Below the pieces are notes generated by a model. The model did no database searches, was not told the origin of the DNA, and was given only the letters and a program-made list of their open reading frames with translations. From positions 1 to 37,731 of the forward strand of contig CBDUCG010000002.1 in NCBI GenBank assembly GCA_965365595.1: a DNA stretch of 37,731 nt. Reading direction: 5' to 3'. The translations under genes and the position numbers were made by a program. Of the stretch, positions 1-7,502 are shown piece after piece. The stretch's first letter is position 1, and every line of letters starts with the position of its first letter. The DNA is from an uncultured bacterium (GTDB lineage Bacteria > Desulfobacterota_D > UBA1144 > Nemesobacterales > UBA2774).

Positions 1-591
1 CAGCTCTTGGTCCAACTGAACCTGAAGATGAAGTAGATCTATACGGCGCTGTGCAGCCACGGAGCCGAAATAAGCATCTGCCACCTCCGCACTCAATGAC
101 AACCTGAGCGCCTCTAAATCTTCGGCGCTTGCTTGTGCTTCATAAGTGTCGGCAGTAACGGCAGAGCCTATACGGTTAAACAGATCAATTTCCCATGTGA
201 ACAGACCCCCAATATCCGCAGTTCTTACGCCTGTGTCGTTATCTTCCCACCTTTGGTCTGCAAAACCTATTGCCGAAACCTCGGGCAATCTAAAACTGCG
301 GGTCTGCACTACAATAGCCCTAGCCTGCTCTACTCTAGCTACTGCCTGCACGATGTTTTGATTTGCTGAGAATGACTGCTCAATGAAATCATTTAACTCC
401 TGACGGTTAAAGGAGTACCACCATGGAGTATTTAAGTCCCAGTAGCTCTCAGTTTCACTAGAGGGTGTAGAAGGATACTGTTCTTCTGATTCGATCTCAG
501 GCGCTGGATTCTTATCAATTTGGTGCAATGAGCATGCACTTATCAATAAAGATATTGTTATCACTATAGAAGGTATTATTGAAGAACTCAC
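1..591 (-). CDS. RND-efflux outer membrane factor lipoprotein (NodT family); N-terminal 197 codons only, gene runs off the left window edge
   Basis: Absent from the ORF track because the window edge cuts it. My minus-strand translation from GTG at 591 reads VSSSIIPSIVITISLLISAC/SLHQ..., with lipobox L-I-S-A-C. It continues ...TPWWYSFNRQELNDFIEQSFSANQNIVQAVARVEQARA..., a typical OMF/NodT N-terminal motif. The frame stays open to position 1 (591 = 3 x 197). Confidence 0.7.
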   Translation of the reverse strand, partial: MSSSIIPSIVITISLLISACSLHQIDKNPAPEIESEEQYPSTPSSETESYWDLNTPWWYSFNRQELNDFIEQSFSANQNIVQAVARVEQARAIVVQTRSFRLPEVSAIGFADQRWEDNDTGVRTADIGGLFTWEIDLFNRIGSAVTADTYEAQASAEDLEALRLSLSAEVADAYFGSVAAQRRIDLLHLQVQLDQEL

Positions 592-785
592 AAATAGTTC
601 ATCCTTGTTTTTTGTCTATGCGGCTGTTTTTAATTTTTATAGTTAAATGGGATGGGAAAATAGATTAACATTTCGATAATATAAGATGCGTTTAGTGTGG
701 TTTAATGTCAAGCTGAAATTAATAATCTTCACGGATAATTAACAAAAGATTATGAGCAAGTAGCGAGGTTTCTTTTGATAAGATA

Positions 786-826
786 CATTGGTAGCGGGGG
801 TAGGATTTGAACCTACGACCTTCGGG
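786..826 (-). repeat. Direct repeat copy 1: 41 bp equal to the 3' half of tRNA-fMet plus 3 flanking nt
   Basis: cattggtagcgggggTaggatttgaacctAcgaccttcggg matches 2109..2149 at 39 of 41 positions, in the same orientation. The two differences (801 and 815) are complementary partners in the T-stem (C:G changed to T:A). Confidence 0.85.
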
Positions 827-857
827 CTTGACGTAAGAAGCTACCCTCACTCTGCTC
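789..857 (-). pseudogene. Decayed tRNA-fMet-like gene (intact T-arm, 3' acceptor strand and CCA; anticodon arm and 5' acceptor strand lost)
   Basis: The minus strand reads ...GAGCAGAGTGAGGGTAGCTTCTTACGTCAAG-CCCGA-AGGTC-GTAGG-TTCAAAT-CCTAC-CCCCGCT-ACCA. D-arm remnants (GAGC..GGTAGCT) are recognisable. There is no 7-nt anticodon loop with a paired stem, and no upstream 5' strand able to pair with CCCCGCT. Confidence 0.6.
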
Positions 858-990
858 TTGAATACAGAACCCCTGTTCGAGCAGAAGCTGAATTTTGCAA
901 GAACAATAAGTCACATAAGAGTGCTGCTTGACAAAAGTCGAATAAGATACTAAAGATTTGTTTGATAAAAATCTAGGGGGATGAATAGGT

Positions 991-1863
991 ATGAGTTGTA
1001 TATTCTGCAGAATTTTGAAAGACTCTATAGTTATATTTGTAATTTTATTATCTCTAAGCAATAAGTCCTTAAGTGACCATCCACAAACTGGTAATGATGA
1101 AGGGTTGCATTTCTCACATCCACTAATTTCAGAGTCTCCATCTCCCGATACTAAAATTAGACTTGACTACTTTTTATTAGATGTTGATGGAGAAGTAGAA
1201 GATGAGGAAATCGGGGAGGAAGGAGAAGGACCTTCAAGATTTAAAGAGAGCACCATAAGACTTGAACTGGAGTATGCATTTACTAGAAATATAAGCATAG
1301 AAGCCGACATACCCTATACATTTTTAAATGTAGAAGACGGTAATAATGAGAATAACTTCAACAATATTGAGTTGGGAGTAAAGCTGGCAACGTTTATATT
1401 GGAAGAATTTGGAATACTCCTTGGTGGTGGGCTTGAGTTTGGACTTCCTACAGGCAATGATAGAAAAGGCATTGGGAGTGACAACATTATTGAGATAGAG
1501 CCATTTGTTGACTTTGGGTATAAACTTCAGAGCTTTGAACTAGTAGGATTTTTGTCTCTTGGATTCCCAGTTAATCAAAAAGGAGACCAAGATGAGGGCG
1601 ATGAAATGGGCTACAATCTTTCAATGCTTTACCATTTAGGTGATGTAGTAGAAGTTCTACTTGAATTTGACGGTGAGACTGTTTTAAATGGAGAGGAAGA
1701 TGGTGAATTTGTATTAAACATTGATCCTGGTATCAAGGTTGCCCCTTTCAAGAACAAAGACCTACAGTTAGGATTTGGTGTAGGATTTCCTTTAACCGAT
1801 GACGAGGAGTTTAAATACAGATTAGTCGGCTCTATTTTTTATCATATGCCTTATCTGAATTGA
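991..1863 (+). CDS. Acidic putative outer-membrane beta-barrel protein (resembles the MetA-pathway/transporter-type OM barrel family)
   Basis: 290-aa ORF with a GGGGGA Shine-Dalgarno about 10 nt upstream and a hydrophobic N-terminal signal (IVIFVILLSLSNKSLS). The body has alternating hydrophobic/polar beta-strand patterning with G-rich turns (ELGVKLA, GGGLEFGLPTG, LQLGFGVGFPL). An intrinsic terminator lies 60 nt downstream. The family assignment is from memory only. Confidence 0.75.
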   Translation: MSCIFCRILKDSIVIFVILLSLSNKSLSDHPQTGNDEGLHFSHPLISESPSPDTKIRLDYFLLDVDGEVEDEEIGEEGEGPSRFKESTIRLELEYAFTRNISIEADIPYTFLNVEDGNNENNFNNIELGVKLATFILEEFGILLGGGLEFGLPTGNDRKGIGSDNIIEIEPFVDFGYKLQSFELVGFLSLGFPVNQKGDQDEGDEMGYNLSMLYHLGDVVEVLLEFDGETVLNGEEDGEFVLNIDPGIKVAPFKNKDLQLGFGVGFPLTDDEEFKYRLVGSIFYHMPYLN

Positions 1864-1923
1864 AAATAAGATACATATCCAGCGGTGTCTGTGTAATACT
1901 AAACAAGACTTAAAACACATACT

Positions 1924-1955
1924 AAAGGGAGCTTCGGCTCCCTTTTTTGTTTTTT
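1924..1955 (+). terminator. Rho-independent terminator of the 991..1863 gene
   Basis: aaaGGGAGC-ttcg-GCTCCCttttttgtttttt: a perfect GC-rich stem, a tetraloop and a long T tract. Confidence 0.8.
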
Positions 1956-2043
1956 AATGCTCAAAATTCCGACTTAAATTCTACTTGACACAAGGTTGGC
2001 AGTAGAAAAATTACATCAATTTAAAGCAATATTTGCTGATAAC

Positions 2044-2065
2044 ATGGTCACATATATGGTCACAT
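2044..2065 (+). repeat. Tandem direct repeat ATGGTCACAT-at-ATGGTCACAT
   Basis: Two exact 10-mers, at 2044..2053 and 2056..2065 (12-bp period), lie 43 nt from the 3' end of tRNA-fMet in non-coding DNA. The core GTCACAT recurs at 910..916. Confidence 0.6.
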
Positions 2066-2108
2066 TGCTAATAAATTTAGGAAGGAATCTGGCCTAAGCA
2101 ACTGTAAT

Positions 2109-2188
<80 letters not shown>

Positions 2189-2204
2189 TCAGATTGAGGG
2201 GTAT

Positions 2205-2233
2205 ATGGTATGGGATGAATTGGGGGCTGTCAA
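2205..2233 (-). promoter_or_regulatory. Candidate sigma70-type promoter for tRNA-fMet
   Basis: On the minus strand: TTGACA (2233..2228), 17 nt spacer, TACCAT (2210..2205). This sits about 17 nt upstream of the mature tRNA 5' end. Confidence 0.4.
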
Positions 2234-2340
2234 GTTTTATGTATAAATTACAATAGTTTAATAATTTTTATTGACAAGTCCTCTCAATAAATATAGATTA
2301 AATTAACAATAAGAGAATCTTTAGGAGGAGTAGAATTATT

Positions 2341-2766
2341 ATGAAAAAAATCCGCGCACTATTATTAATAACCGCCCTATTTATATCAGGATCATTAATG
2401 ACCGGATGCGAGAATAAAGCAAAAAACGAAGCTTACGAAAGCACAAAATCCAGTCTTGAGCAAACTAAAGAAGAGCTTGATAAAATCAAGCAGAACAGCG
2501 AAGCTCTGGACAAGTATATTGCTAATTTGAAATCAAACATTAATGACCTAAAAGTTGAGAATCAAAAGTTAATAGCCGAGACAAAAAGGCTTGAGGCTGA
2601 AATAATTGATCTAAATCTTGAACTGGGTAAAATTCCAAATTCAGATTCCGGGAATGGACAATCGACAGACGAACCTGCGACAACTGACGCTCCCCCTGCA
2701 GATGATAACAGTTCTGATGACACCAACGGTTCCGGAACAACTGATAATCCTGAACAGCAAGTTTGA
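2341..2766 (+). CDS. Lipoprotein with a coiled-coil segment and an acidic low-complexity tail; function unknown
   Basis: AGGAGG lies 9 nt upstream. The N-terminus is MKKIRALLLITALFISGSLMTGC (lipobox L-M-T-G-C). Heptad-like sequence KEELDKIKQNSEALDKYIANLKSNINDLKVENQKLIAETKRLEAEIIDL follows. Confidence 0.8.
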   Translation: MKKIRALLLITALFISGSLMTGCENKAKNEAYESTKSSLEQTKEELDKIKQNSEALDKYIANLKSNINDLKVENQKLIAETKRLEAEIIDLNLELGKIPNSDSGNGQSTDEPATTDAPPADDNSSDDTNGSGTTDNPEQQV

Positions 2767-2767
2767 T

Positions 2768-3610
2768 TTAGGATATATTCCGTTTAGCAACAGTCTTGAT
2801 ATCTAGAATTCTGTCCAGTCTAAATGTACATTTTTCTTTTCTAAGGTGGCAGTAAGCGTGTATATATGTGTTTGTTTTACTGACACTAATATCAAATGGC
2901 TCAATAATTCTGGTGGATGTTTCTTCTTTATAAGCTGACAGATATTTAATCTCGAGACTGCTTTTCTCCCTTAAAGCATGTTCTATTTCAGCCGGTAAAA
3001 TTAATTCGTTGGATTCCCTGAGCTCAACAGATTTCCCCTGAAGCTTTAAAATATCCTTTAGTCTCGTTAACCGGATCCCCCTTCTTTCCAAATCTTTCAG
3101 AAAGAATTGAAATATATCCTTAGTAGTAGTCACATCAGCCAATGCTCTATGTTGTTTATCCAGAGGAAGCCCTATGTGACGGGCGATATCGCCAAGGCTA
3201 TTGCTGGGGAAGGTGTAGTATCTGCGGGCAATCCCCAAGGTATCTATCACATCATATTCCGGCAGAGAGATACTTAGACTTCTTAGCTCGGTTTTCAAGA
3301 ACTCCAGATCAAATCTTGCGTTGTGGGCAACGATGACAGAATCCTGCAAGAAATCCAGCAGGTCATTTGCCACTTCTCTAAACAAGGGAGCCCCGTGGAC
3401 CATTGCCTGGTTTATACCATGAATCGATACCGCCCTCTCAGGGATACTGCGTCCGGGGTTTATTAGAGTTGCAAATTCGTCCGCTATCTCGCCGTTAACT
3501 GTTTTAAGTACAGCTATCTCGCAAATCTTATCCCCTGAAGCAGGTTCAAGACCTGTGGTTTCTACATCGAGAAAAGCAAAATACACTTGGGAAGGATCTT
3601 GTGGTAACAC
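2768..3610 (-). CDS. DnaQ/epsilon-like DEDDh 3'-5' exonuclease fused to a C-terminal WYL-like domain
   Basis: Exo I motif FLDVETTGL, Exo II motif VAHNARFDLEFL and Exo III motif HRALADV are all present. The C-terminal ~90 aa read LEIKYLSAYKEETSTRIIEPFDISVSKTNTYIHAYCHLRKEKCTFRLDRILDIK, matching the WYL pattern (Y..R.I.P......Y..AYC.....R.FR.DRI). The ORF track starts at TTG 3616. I prefer GTG 3610 because GGAG then sits 6 nt upstream. Confidence 0.85.
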   Translation of the reverse strand: MLPQDPSQVYFAFLDVETTGLEPASGDKICEIAVLKTVNGEIADEFATLINPGRSIPERAVSIHGINQAMVHGAPLFREVANDLLDFLQDSVIVAHNARFDLEFLKTELRSLSISLPEYDVIDTLGIARRYYTFPSNSLGDIARHIGLPLDKQHRALADVTTTKDIFQFFLKDLERRGIRLTRLKDILKLQGKSVELRESNELILPAEIEHALREKSSLEIKYLSAYKEETSTRIIEPFDISVSKTNTYIHAYCHLRKEKCTFRLDRILDIKTVAKRNIS

Positions 3611-3694
3611 AGGCAACTCCTTTTATACATAAGGTTACCATTTAATCTAAACTTTTAATCCTATATTAAAACTTTTACTGAAATCAAACAAGTA

Positions 3695-4624
3695 TTAAGT
3701 TTGACCGAGTTGTTTCAGTATCTCATTGCCGCCTGATTCTAAAATCGCGTCAGCGAGCTTTACACCAAGGTTTTGTGCTTCTGCAAGAGAACCACGCGCA
3801 TCTTTCCTAACTATGGTCTTTCCGTCTGGCGAAGAAACGATCCCGGTTATTATGATATTGAGACCCTGAATTTCGGCGTGACAGCCGGCAGGGACATTGC
3901 AGTCACCGCCAAGTCTTAAAAGAAAGGCTCTTTCAGCTCTCGCCTGATTCTCTGTTTCTCTGTGATTTACAGCATTTAGGATATCTATTGTATTTCCGTC
4001 GCTTTCCCTGCATTCAATAGCGATCATGCCCTGCCCTGGCGCCGGAAGCATAATATCCGGGGATATAATTTCGGTGATTTCTCCCCCCAGTCCCATTCTC
4101 TCAAGCCCCGCCACTGCAAGAACAATTGCGTCATAATCCTTACCATCTTTTAACTTTTGGATTCTTGTATCAACATTTCCTCTAATAGACACAATCTCAA
4201 GGTTGGAGTTATATTTTAAAAGTTGCGTAGACCGCCTCAAACTGCCCGTACCCACCCTGCTTCCCTCCGGGAGTTGAGCCAGAGGTAAACCGGACTTGGA
4301 AATCAACGCATCTCTTGGATCATGCCTCTTTGCAACAGCTCCTATAAAAAGCCCATTGGGCAAAACCGTTGGAACATCTTTCATGCTATGAACAGCAATA
4401 TCTATTTCTTCAGACAAGAGAGCTTCTTCTATCTCCTTAACAAATACACCCTTGCCGCCAATTTCCGACAGAGGAGAATCTAAAACTGCATCGCCTGTCG
4501 TTTTTATAATCCGAATTTCTATGTTTAATCCGGGATTTTCCGCAGTAATGAGTTGACTGACATGATCAGCCTGCCAGAGAGCAAGCTTGCTGCCTCTAGT
4601 TCCTATCCTGAAAGGTTGTTTCAT
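3695..4624 (-). CDS. hemC: Hydroxymethylbilane synthase (porphobilinogen deaminase)
   Basis: MKQPFRIGTRGSKLALWQA..., GNVDTRIQKL and PAPGQGMIAIECR are canonical HemC motifs. I chose the start at ATG 4624 (M15 of the tracked ORF). It overlaps the hemA stop by 29 nt. Confidence 0.93.
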   Translation of the reverse strand: MKQPFRIGTRGSKLALWQADHVSQLITAENPGLNIEIRIIKTTGDAVLDSPLSEIGGKGVFVKEIEEALLSEEIDIAVHSMKDVPTVLPNGLFIGAVAKRHDPRDALISKSGLPLAQLPEGSRVGTGSLRRSTQLLKYNSNLEIVSIRGNVDTRIQKLKDGKDYDAIVLAVAGLERMGLGGEITEIISPDIMLPAPGQGMIAIECRESDGNTIDILNAVNHRETENQARAERAFLLRLGGDCNVPAGCHAEIQGLNIIITGIVSSPDGKTIVRKDARGSLAEAQNLGVKLADAILESGGNEILKQLGQT

Positions 4625-5918
4625 CTTCCTCTTCTTCCAGGAGCAATAGCTCTTTTTCCAGTTCAAAAAGTTTTTTGATAGAATCTACGTATAATGCGCC
4701 CAATGAGGTAGAAGACTCTTTTTTTAGATTGGTAAGCGGGTTATGGAGTATCTTGCCGATAATCCTTGAGGCCATCAGCTCAACCACATATTTATCCTGC
4801 TCTGAAATACCGTCAAGTTTATCAAAGGCTTTTGCAAGCTCATTATCCTTTATTAATTCAAATCTCTTCTTCAGATTAATAATTGCGGGAACAGCTTTAA
4901 GACCTTGCAACCATGACTCAAAAGACTTCTCCACTTTAAGTATTATTTCTTCAGCTTTGCTTAAGCTCTGTTTGCGTGTTTTAATATTTTCTTCAGATAC
5001 GTTTTTTAAATCGTCTATATCATACAAATAGATGTCAGTCATGTCTTCAATCCGCGGGTCTATATCTCTTGGTACTGCTATATCTATCAAAAACATGGGG
5101 TCGTTATTTCTCAGCTTGAGCGCTTCCTTGAGATGGTTGGGCTTTAGAATGAAATCCTGAGAGCCGGTTGCAGTAATTACAATATCAACATCTTTCAGAT
5201 GATAAAAAATTTCATCAATACCAATTGATTTTCCGTTTAATTTGCTGGATAACAGATCTGCGTTCTCAATCTTTCGGCTAGCTATCAACAAGTCATTTAT
5301 ACCCGCTTTTATTAAATGCTGAGCGGCTATTTCAGCCATTTCCCCAGCGCCTATCAACATCACCGATCTTGAAGAAAGATCATCAAAGATTCTTTTTGCA
5401 AGCTCAACTGCCACATAGCTTATTGATACCGCATGGGATCCGATACCTGTCTCGGTTCTGATCCTTTTAGCTACAAAAAATGCCGTATGAAACAGCCTGT
5501 TCAGTATAAGCCCCACTGTACCCTGCGCGGCCGCTATCTTGTAAGATTCTTTAACCTGACCCAAAACCTGGGGCTCTCCGACCACCATGGAGTCTATGCT
5601 GGAAGCGACATTAAATAGATGCCTCACTGCCATATGTCCAACCGAGTAATATATATGAGATGCAAATTGTTCCTGAGGTATTCCATGAAACTTAGAAAGG
5701 AATTCTTTTATACTTTCGAGGCAGAGATCAAGATTCTCTGAAACAGCATATATTTCGACTCTGTTGCAAGTTGAGATAATTGCGCATTCTTCAACATGAT
5801 TTTTTTGGATCAGTTCTCCAAGACCCGCCTCAACACTTTCTCTAGAAAAAGAGAACAACTCCCTTAGCTCAATTGGCGCAGTCTTATGACTAATTCCCAA
5901 AACTACAGTTCTAAGCAT
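4596..5918 (-). CDS. hemA: Glutamyl-tRNA reductase
   Basis: TCNRVEIY and HLFNVASSIDSMVVGEPQVLGQVK are present, with a Rossmann motif LIGAGEMAE. The protein is 440 aa. Confidence 0.93.
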   Translation of the reverse strand: MLRTVVLGISHKTAPIELRELFSFSRESVEAGLGELIQKNHVEECAIISTCNRVEIYAVSENLDLCLESIKEFLSKFHGIPQEQFASHIYYSVGHMAVRHLFNVASSIDSMVVGEPQVLGQVKESYKIAAAQGTVGLILNRLFHTAFFVAKRIRTETGIGSHAVSISYVAVELAKRIFDDLSSRSVMLIGAGEMAEIAAQHLIKAGINDLLIASRKIENADLLSSKLNGKSIGIDEIFYHLKDVDIVITATGSQDFILKPNHLKEALKLRNNDPMFLIDIAVPRDIDPRIEDMTDIYLYDIDDLKNVSEENIKTRKQSLSKAEEIILKVEKSFESWLQGLKAVPAIINLKKRFELIKDNELAKAFDKLDGISEQDKYVVELMASRIIGKILHNPLTNLKKESSTSLGALYVDSIKKLFELEKELLLLEEEEDETTFQDRN

Positions 5919-6006
5919 TTATCCTCTCATGTCCCTTATTGCCAGTATTTTATATTATATATAGAGCGTAAAAAAAATCATCTTAACAAGGCTTTTTTGT
6001 AAAAAA

Positions 6007-6564
6007 TTATTTCAAATCCCTTCCTATAAAGCTTAAAAACTCTCCTCTGGTCCTTTCGTCCTTTTTAAATGTGCCCCGCATTGAGCTTGTTAACATATTT
6101 GCCTCCGATTTTTTTATCCCTCTCATCGCCATGCATAAATGATATGCCTCCACTACCACGGCAACACCCTGAGGATCGAGCTCTTTTTTAAGAAAGTCGG
6201 CTATTTGTACCGTCATTCTTTCCTGCACCTGGAGCCGTCTTGAGAACACCTCTACAATTCTAGGTATTTTACTAAGCCCCACGACCTTTCCGTTGGGTAT
6301 ATAGGCAATATTACACTTTCCGAAAAAAGGCAGCATGTGATGCTCGCACAAGCTGTAAAACTCTATATCTTTTACCACAACCATTTCGTCATATTTGATC
6401 TGAAATACAGCTTCGTTAATGACTTTTTTAGGATCCATATGATATCCCGAAGTTATTTCTTTAAACATCCTTTCCATCCTATCAGGGGTATCCTTTAGCC
6501 CTTCCCTCTTGGGATCTTCGCCTATCTCAAGCAAAATTTCCTTTATAGCTTTCTTAACGCTCAT
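6007..6564 (-). CDS. folE: GTP cyclohydrolase I
   Basis: IGEDPKREGLKDTPDRMERMF, SLCEHHMLPFFG and HLCMAMRG are present. I set the start at ATG 6564 (M18 of the tracked ORF). AGGAGG lies 12 nt upstream, and the start overlaps the upstream stop by 11 nt. Confidence 0.9.
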   Translation of the reverse strand: MSVKKAIKEILLEIGEDPKREGLKDTPDRMERMFKEITSGYHMDPKKVINEAVFQIKYDEMVVVKDIEFYSLCEHHMLPFFGKCNIAYIPNGKVVGLSKIPRIVEVFSRRLQVQERMTVQIADFLKKELDPQGVAVVVEAYHLCMAMRGIKKSEANMLTSSMRGTFKKDERTRGEFLSFIGRDLK

Positions 6565-7027
6565 AGGGGTAATTGCCCTCCTCATAGTATTCAAAATAAC
6601 TTCTTGATGTCTCACTTAGCTTGAGATGTATTAAAGCGTCTTTCAATTCAGGCTTGATTCTATCCCAAACATATTTTGCAATATTTTCACCGGTCGGCTG
6701 TTCATTTTCAAAATAAGGGACTTCAATATCAAGTCGTTTATGGTCCAATTCATCAATTACAGGGTTTATTATTTTGTCCAATTCATCGAGATTAAAGACC
6801 ATACCGGTTTGAGGGTGTATATTTCCTTTTAGTTTAACCTGGATGGAATAATCGTGACCATGGCCGTTTGGGTTTGAGCATGTATCAAATATTTCAAAGT
6901 TCTCTTCTTCAGACAAATTTTTTATGAACAGTCTGTGTCCTGCCGAGAATCTGTAAGTTTTTGTAAGGCTTACGTATTCTTTAATTTTTTTCTCTCCAGT
7001 AGTCAACATAAAGATCTTGAGTTTCAT
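6554..7027 (-). CDS. 6-pyruvoyl-tetrahydropterin synthase / QueD-family enzyme (Cys-containing type)
   Basis: YRFSAGHRL and CSNPNGHGHDY are present; the latter resembles the CNNPNGHGHNY motif of classical PTPS. The start is uncertain (7027 or 7009). Confidence 0.85.
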   Translation of the reverse strand: MKLKIFMLTTGEKKIKEYVSLTKTYRFSAGHRLFIKNLSEEENFEIFDTCSNPNGHGHDYSIQVKLKGNIHPQTGMVFNLDELDKIINPVIDELDHKRLDIEVPYFENEQPTGENIAKYVWDRIKPELKDALIHLKLSETSRSYFEYYEEGNYPYER

Positions 7028-7409
7028 AAAGTCTTACTCTATATAAAGAGCATTTCGGGTTCGCCTCAAGTTTCTCTTCAAGCAGATTCCAGAGCACTTT
7101 GGCTATGTTTTCAGTTGTAGGAACAAGATTCTTGAAATTCTGATTGTCTTCATTTAAGTGTTTGTGGTCAAAATCCTTCAGCACTTCAGCCATAACAGAC
7201 TTAAGTTCGTATAGGTTAATTATCATTCCCGTCTCGGCATCAACCTCACCTTCTACACTTACTTCAAGGTTGTAATTATGCCCATGCCCGTGAGGTCCAG
7301 CTGACTTTCCAAATACCGAAAAGTTTTTCTCTTCACTCCACTCCGGGTTCCAGTACCTGTGCGAAGCGGAAAATTCCATTTTTTTCGTTAAAAGTTTTTT
7401 AAATCCCAT
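6981..7409 (-). CDS. Second PTPS/QueD-family paralog (lacks the motif Cys)
   Basis: FSASHRYWNPEWSEEKNFSVFGKSAGPHGHGHNY is present. The position equivalent to the catalytic Cys in the neighbouring paralog is not Cys. The gene overlaps its downstream paralog. Confidence 0.85.
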   Translation of the reverse strand: MGFKKLLTKKMEFSASHRYWNPEWSEEKNFSVFGKSAGPHGHGHNYNLEVSVEGEVDAETGMIINLYELKSVMAEVLKDFDHKHLNEDNQNFKNLVPTTENIAKVLWNLLEEKLEANPKCSLYRVRLYETQDLYVDYWREKN

Positions 7410-7502
7410 AGATTACATCACCTTTAAATTTGTATAGCATAGCATAGTTAGCAATCTCCACAACTTCCAAAGTCCGAGGGTGTGAGGTAATATTTTATAT
7501 TC

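Noticed and set aside
133-369. Two plus-strand ORFs (78 and 71 aa)
   Set aside because: They lie antisense inside the well-supported NodT-family lipoprotein gene and have Cys/Ser-rich compositions atypical of real proteins.
789-880. Possibility that the tRNA-like sequence is an unusual long tRNA (88 nt, e.g. tRNA-Sec with TCA) or the 3' end of a tmRNA
   Set aside because: The only candidate 5' acceptor strand (ACAGGGG) mispairs at two of seven positions. No 5-bp anticodon stem flanks a 7-nt loop, and position 33 would not be U for a TCA anticodon. No AGCGGGG-type tmRNA 5' end is present upstream. It is better explained as a decayed tRNA-fMet copy.
813-1061. 82-aa minus-strand ORF
   Set aside because: It overlaps the tRNA remnant and the start of the 991-1863 gene, has no SD and no recognisable motifs. 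It is a probable chance ORF.
4625-4666. N-terminal extension of hemC (MNWKKSYCSWKKRK) in the tracked ORF, and similar extensions at 15392-15451, 25608-25685, 6565-6615 and 27700-27717
   Set aside because: The downstream ATGs have proper Shine-Dalgarno spacing and align with the conserved N-termini of the families. The extensions are probably read-through of upstream sequence.
7410-7502. Riboswitch (preQ1 or THF) upstream of the PTPS/QueD-folE string
   Set aside because: The 93-nt leader shows no preQ1-type pseudoknot core and no extended conserved helices that I could recognise. It has only a short tagcatagcatag tandem.
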